DNA from: Desulfocapsa sp.
GTDB lineage: Bacteria > Desulfobacterota > Desulfobulbia > Desulfobulbales > Desulfocapsaceae
NCBI GenBank assembly: GCA_029935315.1
Contig: JAOZKN010000001.1
Coordinates: 28,713-92,712, forward strand
Length of the DNA: 64,000 bases
Direction of reading: 5' to 3'
The translations under genes were made by a program, and so were the position numbers. Position 1 is the first letter of the stretch; the number at the start of each line of letters is the position of its first letter. This document shows, one piece after another, positions 36,907-45,965 of the stretch. The notes under the pieces were generated by a model. That model did not search any database. It had not been told where the DNA came from and was given only the letters and a program-made list of their open reading frames with translations.

Positions 36907-37932
36907 TTAATTCTCCGCTTTAGGTGTGGGTTGCTGATGATTGTCTACAACCAGAAGATTCTTGATTTTCTTGGTTTTGGTTGTGTTCAGTTGTGCGATA
37001 CCTGCTGCCTTATTGAGTTTGCTCGTATACATAAACTTGGCAGGGTTTACCGGCTTGTTGTGCAGGCAGATTTCGTAATGGAGATGGGATCCCGTGGAAC
37101 GTCCTGTGTTGCCAACGGTACCAATTGTCTGTCCTCGTGTGACTTTGTCACCGCGTTTCACCAGGAACTTATGCATATGTGCAAATTTGGTGATGTATCC
37201 GTTGCCATGGTCAATTTCAATATATTTTCCGTAGCCACCGTTCCGGAATGCCTTCTTGACAACACCATCTGCCGTGGCGATAATCTTATCCCCCGTGCGA
37301 CCCCGCATATCAACGCCGGAGTGAAACCCTTTTTTGCCATTGACAGGATCTGAGCGATGACCAAAACGAGATGATACCTGTCCGGGTACAGGGCGTCCGA
37401 GAGGGACAACGTTGATGGTGTTTAGGAAGGTGTCTGAACGAAAAAGAAGTTCTTTGCCAATATTTTCCCGCGGCTCCAAAAAGGGGCCACCAGAGTTACT
37501 GGTATCTGCTTTGCGGGTATCTTTGATGTCTACCCCGATGTTACACATGATGCGTTCAATCATGTCACTGCGTTCTTCAAGCTCTGATACGGCAGTGTCG
37601 AGGAGGTTCTGTTTTTCCAGCTGAAAGGTTTCGGCCTGAATGCTGTTGCGTTCTTCCAGGCTGTTTATCCTCAGGGTGAGGCTGGCATTTGCAGTTTTAT
37701 TCTCAGACAGCTGCTCGGTCAGGGATGTGATTTTATCGTGTAAGGCGTCAGTTTGACTGCTTAAATGAGTATTTTCTTTAATGCTGTGGAACGAGTTGTA
37801 GCTGGTTAGGCTGAAAGTCAGGAGTAAACCGGCCATGCACAGGACGCCGCCCTTGAGTTTGTATTTTGAAAGAACAAAATTACGTCCTTTTCCTTCTTCC
37901 CCGGTGATGAGAATATGTAAGTGGTCGCTCAT
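36907..37932 (-). CDS. M23 (LytM-domain) metallopeptidase with N-terminal TM anchor and coiled coil
   Basis: HSGVDMRG...GGYGKYIEIDHGNGYITKFAHMH...GNTGRSTGSHLHYEI (HxxxD and HxH zinc motifs). Confidence 0.9.
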   Translation of the reverse strand: MSDHLHILITGEEGKGRNFVLSKYKLKGGVLCMAGLLLTFSLTSYNSFHSIKENTHLSSQTDALHDKITSLTEQLSENKTANASLTLRINSLEERNSIQAETFQLEKQNLLDTAVSELEERSDMIERIMCNIGVDIKDTRKADTSNSGGPFLEPRENIGKELLFRSDTFLNTINVVPLGRPVPGQVSSRFGHRSDPVNGKKGFHSGVDMRGRTGDKIIATADGVVKKAFRNGGYGKYIEIDHGNGYITKFAHMHKFLVKRGDKVTRGQTIGTVGNTGRSTGSHLHYEICLHNKPVNPAKFMYTSKLNKAAGIAQLNTTKTKKIKNLLVVDNHQQPTPKAEN

Positions 37933-38092
37933 TGTGATTTGGCTGGTTGTAGTGTATATATCAGATGATTTATGCTACTATAAAATTTTTCCATGAACCT
38001 ACTCCCAGATGGTGTAAATTTCAATATAAAAGCGACTTTTCACCTGCTTGGGAATAGTTCTTCTCTCCCTTGTAAACAATTTCCGGAAATAT

Positions 38093-39943
38093 ATGTCACA
38101 TTTACTTACCTGTCAGGAGCTGTCTAAATCTTTTGGCGCAGATCGCCTGTTTGAAAATATTAATCTTGTTGTGCATCAGGGTGACAGGATTGGGCTTATC
38201 GGCCCCAACGGCAGTGGAAAGTCAACGCTGTTGAAAATCGTGTGTGAGCGTCTGGAGCCCGATGAAGGAAAAATCATCAGGCGTAAAAATGTGAGCACTG
38301 CTTATTTGTCGCAGTCCGATGTCTTTGTGGAAGAGGCGAGTGTGGAGGAAAATCTTGATGCTGCTCTGCTGGCACTGGATCTGGATGCTGTAGAACGGCA
38401 TAACCGGGTGCAGGCCATGCTTTCGCGGGCTGAGTTCCCGGATTCGCGTGTTTCCGTGAAACTCCTTTCCGGCGGCTGGCGTAAAAGGCTTTCCATCTGT
38501 CGCAGTCTTGTGCTGCAACCAAGCATTCTGGTACTTGATGAGCCCACCAACCATCTGGATATCGAGGGGATTCTCTGGCTGGAGAAAATCTTGTCCGGTG
38601 TGCTGCCAGGCAGCCCTGAGGCCTATTTAATTGTCAGCCATGATCGGCGTTTTCTGGAAAATATTGCAAATCGTATTGTTGAGATCTCAGCGGTGTATCC
38701 CGAAGGGTCTTTTCAGGTGGAGGGAAATTACTCCAGCTTTCTGAAAGAACGTGTTGATTTTCTTACTAACCAGGAACGTCTGGAGGATCGTCTCGCCAAT
38801 AAAATGCGAAGGGAGGCGGAGTGGCTAAGTCGTGGTCCTAAAGCCCGTGCCACGAAAGCGCAGTATCGGATTGATGAAGCTCATAAATTACAAGGCCATC
38901 TCAGCGAAGTGAAGGGACGGAATCGTGCCTTAAAGCAAGTACGTATCACGTTTGACTCAACGGGTCGTAAAACAAAAAAACTTCTTGAGGCCAAAGGAAT
39001 CAGTAAGAATTATGAGGAGAAGGCTCTTTTCTCAGATCTTGATATTGTACTTTCACCCGGTAGCAGGCTTGGGCTCCTTGGTCGGAATGGATGCGGAAAG
39101 TCGAGCCTGATGCAGATTCTGGCATCCAGTTGTGGGGATGGAGTCTACAAGCCGGATGCTGGCACAATACATACAGCACCCGATATAAAACTTGTGAGTT
39201 TTGATCAGAAACGTGAAGGGGTCGATCCAACACTGACCCTTCGTCGGGCGTTGGCCCCGGAAGGCGATTCCATTCTCTTTCAGGATCAGTCTATCCATGT
39301 CGTTTCCTGGGCGCAGCGTTTTCTTTTTCGTGCGGATCAACTTGAAACTCCGGTGGGGCAACTCTCAGGAGGTGAGCAGGCGCGTATTCTCATTGCCGAG
39401 CTTATGCGACAGCCAGCAGATATCCTCCTCCTGGATGAACCCACCAATGATCTTGATATCCCGTCCCTTGATGTGCTGGAGGAGAGTCTGCATGATTTTC
39501 CCGGAGCACTTGTACTGGTAAGTCATGACAGATATCTTCTGGATTCTGTCTGCGAGCAGGTGCTCGGCTTTGATAATATGGGGGGTGTTATCTATTATGC
39601 TGATTATGAACAATGGCTTGCCGATATACGAAAGCGTGATAAGACCGAAAACGGGGAGCAGGACGCGGCTGAGAAAAAGCAGCCGTCTGTAAAGAAAAAA
39701 AAGAGCAAGGTGGGCAAACTCTCGTATCTGGATCAGCGTGAATATGAGCAGATGGAAGAAAAAATCATGGAAGCTGAAGAGGTAAAAGAATCTTTGCAGG
39801 CAACCCTCGATGATCCTGAAACCGCCCAAAACCCGCAGCAGCTGGAATCAGTCTGGGCGGATCTTGAACAGGCAACGCGTCAGGTGGAGCGTTTGTATGA
39901 GCGCTGGGATGAGTTGGAAGAACTAAAACACAGCGATCAATGA
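38093..39943 (+). CDS. ABC-F family ATPase (Uup-like)
   Basis: Two cassettes (GPNGSGKST/LSGGWRKRLSI; GRNGCGKSS/LSGGEQARILI), no TM domain, and a Lys/Glu-rich coiled-coil C-terminus. Start trimmed from 38048. Confidence 0.85.
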   Translation: MSHLLTCQELSKSFGADRLFENINLVVHQGDRIGLIGPNGSGKSTLLKIVCERLEPDEGKIIRRKNVSTAYLSQSDVFVEEASVEENLDAALLALDLDAVERHNRVQAMLSRAEFPDSRVSVKLLSGGWRKRLSICRSLVLQPSILVLDEPTNHLDIEGILWLEKILSGVLPGSPEAYLIVSHDRRFLENIANRIVEISAVYPEGSFQVEGNYSSFLKERVDFLTNQERLEDRLANKMRREAEWLSRGPKARATKAQYRIDEAHKLQGHLSEVKGRNRALKQVRITFDSTGRKTKKLLEAKGISKNYEEKALFSDLDIVLSPGSRLGLLGRNGCGKSSLMQILASSCGDGVYKPDAGTIHTAPDIKLVSFDQKREGVDPTLTLRRALAPEGDSILFQDQSIHVVSWAQRFLFRADQLETPVGQLSGGEQARILIAELMRQPADILLLDEPTNDLDIPSLDVLEESLHDFPGALVLVSHDRYLLDSVCEQVLGFDNMGGVIYYADYEQWLADIRKRDKTENGEQDAAEKKQPSVKKKKSKVGKLSYLDQREYEQMEEKIMEAEEVKESLQATLDDPETAQNPQQLESVWADLEQATRQVERLYERWDELEELKHSDQ

Positions 39944-39960
39944 TGGCATTGGAAAACGCT

Positions 39961-40302
39961 TTATCCCGGAGGCCAGCTCAATGAGCGGCCACCCAGGACG
40001 TGCATGTGGATATGGAAGACGGTTTGTCCGGCATCCGCACCATTGTTGAAGACCAGACGAAAGTCGGTGATGCCATTTTCTCCGGCCACCTGTGATCCCA
40101 CCCGCATCATCTTCCCCATAAGGGCCTCATCCTCAGCGCTGATAGCTGCCGGATCCTGAATATGTTTTTTGGGTATAACCAGGAAATGGACAGGAGCCTG
40201 GGGGGCGATGTCACGAAAGGCCAGCATGTCATCATCTTCATAGAGTTTTTCTGCAGGGATATCACCGGCAGCTATTTTACAGAAGAGGCAGTTGCTGCTC
40301 AC
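39961..40302 (-). CDS. HIT-family (histidine triad) nucleotide hydrolase
   Basis: CLFCKIAAGDIPA and the HIHMHVLGG triad. Confidence 0.9.
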   Translation of the reverse strand: MSSNCLFCKIAAGDIPAEKLYEDDDMLAFRDIAPQAPVHFLVIPKKHIQDPAAISAEDEALMGKMMRVGSQVAGENGITDFRLVFNNGADAGQTVFHIHMHVLGGRSLSWPPG

Positions 40303-40865
40303 GGGGATTCCTTTTTTGCATGCTCGCAGGAGTCGATAAACAGTTTTTCAATTGCTTCGCGTCCCGCATCATTTAAGTAGCGGGTTCCAGAGCCGACAAA
40401 GGTATCATATTCAATGATGGGAGTATCTTCCTGCCACTCATTGCTTTTCCAGGTAAACCACATTTTAGCAGGCTGATCAAAAACATGAAGGGGGCGGTTG
40501 AAGAGTTTGGCAAGTTCCACTGCCCATCCGGTACCACCTTTAACGGTCTTGTCTTCCATGATGCTTCCGATAACAAAGACCTGGTGGCCATTGTTGACCA
40601 TATGGAAGATAGTCTGCAGGACTTTTCTGATTTTTTCAGTCTCGTAATACGTGCGGTTAAGCATGCGGGATGCCAGTTCCATGGAAATATCTCCACGCTC
40701 CAGGTCATCTTTGCTGAGGGTTACAGAATTTTTATTACGATTCAGCTTGTGTCCCTCAAAGGTATAAATAATTTCTTTAAGGCCGTACTTCTCTGCTGAT
40801 TCACCAAAAGTTGCTTCGGCTCCCTTCAGGCCACCACTATATAGAGTACAGGTTTTCTTGTCCAT
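40299..40865 (-). CDS. hypothetical protein, possibly a DprA/SLOG-like Rossmann fold
   Basis: YSGGLKGAEATFGESAEKYG and KGGTGWAVELAKLFNRPLHVFD loosely resemble the SGxxxGxDxxA...SG(T/S)xxT(A)xxAxxxG(R/K)x(V/L)F(A/V) layout of DprA/YpsA-type SLOG domains. It overlaps the HIT start by 4 nt. Confidence 0.3.
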   Translation of the reverse strand: MDKKTCTLYSGGLKGAEATFGESAEKYGLKEIIYTFEGHKLNRNKNSVTLSKDDLERGDISMELASRMLNRTYYETEKIRKVLQTIFHMVNNGHQVFVIGSIMEDKTVKGGTGWAVELAKLFNRPLHVFDQPAKMWFTWKSNEWQEDTPIIEYDTFVGSGTRYLNDAGREAIEKLFIDSCEHAKKESP

Positions 40866-40961
40866 CTTGCATGCTCCCATTTTAAAAAAATCTCATCAAT
40901 AATCACCACAAACAAGTTTACCACACTCACAAGCAAAGGCAAGAAAGAGCTGAAAAGGCAG

Positions 40962-41921
40962 TTATTTTTTCCTGGCCCGGACGAAAATGCGATCCGGTGC
41001 CGGATATCCTTCAATGGTCCTGCTGCTGTCTGACGGGTCTAAAAAATCTGTATATGATTCAAAGGTCATCCAGTCAGTGCGCCGCTGTTCTATGGATGAC
41101 ATGGGGTGCTGACAAAAGACGTCGATTCCACTGAAACCGGCACGAGACAGCCAGTTTTTGAGGCAACTGGCGGTGGGAACAAAATAGGTCCCTGGTACTT
41201 TGGCGTATGTTTTTTCAGGGAAAAGTGCTGTTGCTGTCTCTCCCGGAATGGCCTGGGATTCAAGGATCAGTGTTCCTCCGGGGCGAAGGGAGGTGAAGAT
41301 CTGCCGCAGACATTCCACCGGTGAGCTGCGGTGGTAAATAATGCCCATAAGAAAGAGGACGTCAAAACATTCAGGGAAAAGAGTGAGGTGTTCAACGCCC
41401 AGCAGGTCGATGTGCAGGTTTTCCTGCCCTGCCATGCTGTTGAGCCCCTTGAAACAGTAATAGTGCTGGATGGATGGCTCAAAGCCGATAACGATTTCAG
41501 GTTCATACGGCGTCATACGGAACATATAGTAGCCGTTGCTGCAGCCGATGTCGGCTACAATTTTTCCTTTCATATCTGGCAGGTAATCAGCAAGCCGTTG
41601 CCATTTTCGATGGCTTTGCCATTCAGAGTCAACCCGCGTTCCGTAGATGGAAAATGGTCCCTTGCGCCAGGGGATAAATTTGCGCAGGTGGGATTTGACT
41701 TCCTGTTGTGCTGCCTCTTCGAGTTCGTCGCCTTTTCCTATCTGTACCCAGTCATTGTTGCAGTCAACGTGTTGTGCCGGGAATTTCCGCAAGGCCTCAA
41801 AAGGGGTCCGGTAGCGGAGAAATCCTTTTTTGTTCTGATTGACCCATGTCTGCAGCTGCTTGTGGGTTTTGATTATTTCGTCATGTTTTGCCGAGGCAGG
41901 CAGGTGATCAATATAGGTCAT
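40962..41921 (-). CDS. cmoB: tRNA U34 carboxymethyltransferase
   Basis: PWRKGPFSIYGTRVDSEWQSHRKW motif; downstream of cmoA. Confidence 0.85.
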   Translation of the reverse strand: MTYIDHLPASAKHDEIIKTHKQLQTWVNQNKKGFLRYRTPFEALRKFPAQHVDCNNDWVQIGKGDELEEAAQQEVKSHLRKFIPWRKGPFSIYGTRVDSEWQSHRKWQRLADYLPDMKGKIVADIGCSNGYYMFRMTPYEPEIVIGFEPSIQHYYCFKGLNSMAGQENLHIDLLGVEHLTLFPECFDVLFLMGIIYHRSSPVECLRQIFTSLRPGGTLILESQAIPGETATALFPEKTYAKVPGTYFVPTASCLKNWLSRAGFSGIDVFCQHPMSSIEQRRTDWMTFESYTDFLDPSDSSRTIEGYPAPDRIFVRARKK

Positions 41922-41935
41922 GGCGTGGAGGTTGG

Positions 41936-42763
41936 TTAGACGTTTGGTTTTACAGCCAGGAAAGAGACAAAGTTAAACCACTGGAAGAAAGGCTCAACTT
42001 CAACAAAGCCAGCAGACTGGAGCATGGATTTGTTTTCTTCAAGGGAGCAGGGAATAAGTATGTTCTCAAGGGCTTCTCGTTTTTTTGCGATTTCAAGTTC
42101 GGAGTAGCCTTTTTCCTTCTTGAATTTATGATAAATATCGATATACGTCCGGTTTAAACCGGGATGGTGGGAGATGATTTTTTCACTGAGGATACAAATA
42201 CCACCGGGACGAAGATTGTTGAAGAGGCGGGTAAGGAATTTTTCGCGGTGCAGGGGGCGAATAAATTGCAGGGTATAATTGAGAATAAATGCAGAGGTGT
42301 CGGGCTGTTCCAGCTCCATGATGTCTGCATGGCTAAAGCTTAGATTCTCCTGTTTGGAGAAGAGTTCTGCCTTGAGTATTGCTTTGTCGAGCATGGCTGA
42401 AGAGTTGTCAATCCCAGTGTAACGAAACTGCTTTGTGGCCAGCAGGCTGCTCAGCTGTATCAGGGTGCTGCCTGTTGCACAACCCAGATCAACAACGGTA
42501 TCACCATCCTGCAGCAGAGTCTCCAGGATTCTGGCCATGGAGACAATCCCCTCTTTATAAAAGGGGACAGAACGGTCGAGCATATCGTCGAAGACCTGCG
42601 CAACACGTTCATTAAAAACAAAATCCGCCTCAATTGCGCCCACCTGAAAGATTGAGTCTTTGCTGTCGTTTCCTTGTGTGTGTTTCATACGCTTCCTATA
42701 CCACTGTCCGTCCTCATGTGAAAGACTAAATTGATCGATTAGCTGGCTCAAAGGCAGGCTCAT
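41936..42763 (-). CDS. cmoA: carboxy-S-adenosyl-L-methionine synthase
   Basis: VAQVFDDMLDRSVPFYKE and DLGCATGS. Confidence 0.85.
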   Translation of the reverse strand: MSLPLSQLIDQFSLSHEDGQWYRKRMKHTQGNDSKDSIFQVGAIEADFVFNERVAQVFDDMLDRSVPFYKEGIVSMARILETLLQDGDTVVDLGCATGSTLIQLSSLLATKQFRYTGIDNSSAMLDKAILKAELFSKQENLSFSHADIMELEQPDTSAFILNYTLQFIRPLHREKFLTRLFNNLRPGGICILSEKIISHHPGLNRTYIDIYHKFKKEKGYSELEIAKKREALENILIPCSLEENKSMLQSAGFVEVEPFFQWFNFVSFLAVKPNV

Positions 42764-42940
42764 GATGAGAAAAATAATTATATGGAAAGGTTAAAAACTT
42801 CGTAAGGGTTTTTGCGATGCCATCACGAATAGGGCTTGCCAACAGAGCATTATCCAGCTATAAATAAACAGTTTTAATGGAACATAGTCACATAACTGAG
42901 CGTATTTATATACTGTATTAATTGTGAGAGGAGGGGTCTT

Positions 42941-43480
42941 ATGAACGGAAAATTTTGGGGAAATGTTGGGCTTGGTGCGGTTATCGTCTGCCTCGTTGCC
43001 TTTGCTGTTACAAAACTAAGTGCATCCTCAGGTGTTGAAGGCCTGTTTCTGCCCGAGGTGAAAGTGTCTGATTCAACGACTGAATTGTTGCATTCTGTGG
43101 AGCTTGTTCGCTCTGCTGTGAAGGTGCCCAAAAGCGGACATATTGTTGATGCTTCTTTTGCCATTGAAAACCGGGGAGGACATGATATAAAAAATATATC
43201 TATTCTCTGTACCCTTTTTAATGCCGCCGGCAAAGAACAGGGACGGAATAAATGGACTGTTTTTGACACTGTGAAGTCCCAGGGACGCGGGATGTTCGCT
43301 TTTTCCGATAAAAAATTTATCAGTGCTTCTGCTACTCGATTGGAATGTCAGATCGTGGACCTTGAAGTAGTGAAGGGCCCTCTTTTTACCGTACATCGTG
43401 GCTCAGCCGGACATGGCGCTGAGGCTGCTGATGGTCACAATGATGCTGCTCAACAGGGCGGACATGGTAGCGCACACTGA
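42941..43480 (+). CDS. hypothetical membrane-anchored protein with a His/Gly/Ala-rich tail
   Basis: N-terminal TM segment (GLGAVIVCLVAFAV). C-terminal tail HRGSAGHGAEAADGHNDAAQQGGHGSAH. No family recognised. Confidence 0.4.
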   Translation: MNGKFWGNVGLGAVIVCLVAFAVTKLSASSGVEGLFLPEVKVSDSTTELLHSVELVRSAVKVPKSGHIVDASFAIENRGGHDIKNISILCTLFNAAGKEQGRNKWTVFDTVKSQGRGMFAFSDKKFISASATRLECQIVDLEVVKGPLFTVHRGSAGHGAEAADGHNDAAQQGGHGSAH

Positions 43481-43524
43481 TTGTTTAAAAATTACGGGCT
43501 TATGTCCGGAAGTTTATAAAAAAT

Positions 43525-44184
43525 ATGTCTGAAGAAATAGATTTTGACCAAATTCTGGGGAAGTATCACTCGGACCCCTTTGAGTACGTGGATATTTTTG
43601 CCGAGCACACCGGAACAGTACGTTTTCTGGTGGAGAAGGGGAATGATGTTGAAGCTGTAAGTGGAGAATGGAAACATATCCCCGGCACAGCTCTTTTTGA
43701 AATCACCCGGGAGCGAAACCCCAAGAAAAATACTGCAACGACCAACGGTGTTGTTTCCGAGGTTTGCAGTGAGCTTGAGGGAAGTTTTGTCGAGGCTGGT
43801 GAAAAGCTGATGACTATTCGTCATCCGCTGAAGAAAAAAGAGATCATTGAGCGGATTCTGCAGGAAGTTCTGTTTATTTTTCCAGCTCCTGAGCGAGCCA
43901 AATATTTTTTCACACTTGATATACAATCAAGGATCAAGAAAAAGGGCGCCCGCGAGATTTCCGTTAAACCAGGTGACGAGATTATTATTATGTCTCTGAT
44001 GAAGCGTGATACACCTGTGTATTACAACGGCGAGCCTGGCGTTATTCATTCCGTATATTTCCAGCCAGGTGTCTCGGTGGATCAGGGTGCGCCACTGATT
44101 GGTGTGTGTCCAACTGAAAAGCTGCCGATGATACAAAAGATTATTACCAGGGTGAAGGCTGATTGGGATCAACAGCCGAAATAA
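43525..44184 (+). CDS. protein with two biotinyl/lipoyl-like hybrid-barrel domains
   Basis: Second domain: VKPGDEIIIMSLMKRDTPVYYNGEPGVIHSVYFQPGVSVDQGAPLIGV, matching the layout PGD..(E)AMK(M)...G.V..V.V..G..V..G..L with an LMK at the attachment position. The first domain has the same fold pattern but no MK motif. Confidence 0.5.
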   Translation: MSEEIDFDQILGKYHSDPFEYVDIFAEHTGTVRFLVEKGNDVEAVSGEWKHIPGTALFEITRERNPKKNTATTNGVVSEVCSELEGSFVEAGEKLMTIRHPLKKKEIIERILQEVLFIFPAPERAKYFFTLDIQSRIKKKGAREISVKPGDEIIIMSLMKRDTPVYYNGEPGVIHSVYFQPGVSVDQGAPLIGVCPTEKLPMIQKIITRVKADWDQQPK

Positions 44185-45107
44185 ATAGCCTCTCTCTGCT
44201 CTCTTCTGCTGTCCTTGATGATTATTTTTTCTCTGTGGAGCTTCCTGCCCGGTTGCGGGAGGGGAATAAGGCGGATTGTGATGCAATTGCCCGTTACGGT
44301 GCGATTGTAGGCTCTGAAATTCGCGTGTATCCATCCCTTGATCGTACCATGGATCGGGCACGTTCGTATATCACCGCCAGGGAACAAAAAGGTCTGTCTG
44401 TTGCCAGCGGCAGCCTGATTCTCGCCTCTACTCTCAACCACTCCAAAGGGCGTTTTCAGCGTTCCTGGCACGCTCCTCCTGGTGGAATCTGGGGCTGTCT
44501 TATTCTGGCAGATACCTTTCTTGCTCTGTTTCGAAATATCCTTCCTCTTATTCCCGGTATTGCCTGTTGTGAGGCTGCTATGCAGGAAGGTGTCTCCGGA
44601 GCAGCAGTTCGCTGGGTAAATGATGTTCTTATTCAGGGGAAAAAACAGGCCGGTTTTCTTATCGAAGGTTTTTCCAGTCCTGTCCACCACGAACAGTATC
44701 ACCTCCTTGGTTTTGGTCTCAATGTAAATAACAGTGTTTTTCCAGAGGATTTGCAGGAAAGTGCGACTTCTCTGTCTCTTGTGTGTGGTCATTCCCTTGA
44801 CCTCTGCTCCTTTGCCTTATCTTTTTTTGCGAAAATGCGTTGGTATACAGGTCTGCTTTTTCATGAAGAAGTGCAGTGGCTGGCGCGGGGAGGGGGGGAT
44901 GAGTACCAGGGGGAACATCCTATTCTGAAAAGATGGAAGGCCTTGTCAGACACTCCCGGGAAGCGGGTGCGTTTTGGCTATGATGTCATGCAAAGTCCGC
45001 AGTATGAGGCTGTCGTTACAGGGCTAAGCTCTGACGGAGGGCTTGTTTTACGTCATGATGATGGTAGCGTATCAATTGAGCATAGTGGAGAGATTCGTTA
45101 TTGCTGA
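44163..45107 (+). CDS. biotin--protein ligase (BPL family, no recognisable N-terminal HTH)
   Basis: GRFQRSWHAPPGGIW (compare GRGRRGRxWxSPxG) and VRWVNDVLIQGKKQAGFLIE. Start uncertain (TTG at 44163 overlaps the upstream gene). Confidence 0.7.
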   Translation: MGSTAEINSLSLLSSAVLDDYFFSVELPARLREGNKADCDAIARYGAIVGSEIRVYPSLDRTMDRARSYITAREQKGLSVASGSLILASTLNHSKGRFQRSWHAPPGGIWGCLILADTFLALFRNILPLIPGIACCEAAMQEGVSGAAVRWVNDVLIQGKKQAGFLIEGFSSPVHHEQYHLLGFGLNVNNSVFPEDLQESATSLSLVCGHSLDLCSFALSFFAKMRWYTGLLFHEEVQWLARGGGDEYQGEHPILKRWKALSDTPGKRVRFGYDVMQSPQYEAVVTGLSSDGGLVLRHDDGSVSIEHSGEIRYC

Positions 45108-45145
45108 TGGCTTTGTTGTGGTGTCATGTTATTTTCCAACATCCC

Positions 45146-45940
45146 CTAAGTCTGATTTGTGGCTGCATCCATAAAAGCCCAGGAAATAATTTCCCGCTGG
45201 AATAACTGGCGGCCATAGAGATGGAGAAAAGAGAGCGCCTCCTGCCTGCTCTGCTCGGTGAACTGCAGACGTTGCAGGCGTTCAATGGGTTGCTTGAGTG
45301 CCATATCAAGAGAGCGCAGGGTGCCGCAGGAAAGTTGTATTCGCGTGCTCTTCTGCTCCCTGTTGCATCTTGTGCAGTGTATGCTGCCGTTTTGCGGATG
45401 AAAGCTGTAGCTCTCGTTTTCAATAAGTTTCTTGCCACAGCCGTGACAGCTTGCAAGGCTCGGGCAGTAGCCGATAATCGCATAAAAGCGGATAAGAAAG
45501 AAAATGAGTACGGAGACTGGAGGGTGCTGATTTTCTAAATTGTGGAAGGCCCAGAGAAGTAGCGGGTAGAGTTCATCGTCGCCTTCCATATCCTTGGTTG
45601 CCAGGAGGATGATTTCCTGCATGACGCTTGCCGTGGTATAGCAGGAAAAATCGGTACGCAGGGTGAGGAATCCATCTAAAAGATCGGCTTCGGCAATAAA
45701 AGCCAGGCGGCCATTTTGGGGAAGCGTATGGGTAATGCGCAGCGAGCTGAAGATTTCCAGCTTGTTGACAAAGCGTTTTTTGCTGCGTTTGGCTCCTTTG
45801 GCAATACCAGTTATACGACCCAGTTTCTCGCAGAAAAAAGTGATAATCTTATCCGATTCACCATGGTCACGGCAGTCGAGGACAATGGCAGCTGTTTCTA
45901 TCTGCTGTTTTGTTCCTTTGTCAGAATTTGCTGCAGCCAT
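45146..45940 (-). CDS. recO: DNA repair protein RecO
   Basis: OB-fold N-terminus AAIVLDCRDHGESDKIITFFCEKLGRITGIAKGAKRSKKRF and zinc motif CHGCG...CTRC. Confidence 0.85.
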   Translation of the reverse strand: MAAANSDKGTKQQIETAAIVLDCRDHGESDKIITFFCEKLGRITGIAKGAKRSKKRFVNKLEIFSSLRITHTLPQNGRLAFIAEADLLDGFLTLRTDFSCYTTASVMQEIILLATKDMEGDDELYPLLLWAFHNLENQHPPVSVLIFFLIRFYAIIGYCPSLASCHGCGKKLIENESYSFHPQNGSIHCTRCNREQKSTRIQLSCGTLRSLDMALKQPIERLQRLQFTEQSRQEALSFLHLYGRQLFQREIISWAFMDAATNQT

Positions 45941-45965
45941 ACCGGATGTAGACAGATATTCAGGT

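Noticed and set aside
42789-42824. GGTTAAAAACTTCGTAAGGGTTTTTGCGATGCCATC upstream of cmoA resembles a collapsed left-plus-right terminus of the palindromic element (AAAAACTTC ... GTTTTT..GA.GCCATC).
   Set aside because: It is too short and too divergent to distinguish from chance by eye. It is worth including only if a genome-wide model of the element picks it up.
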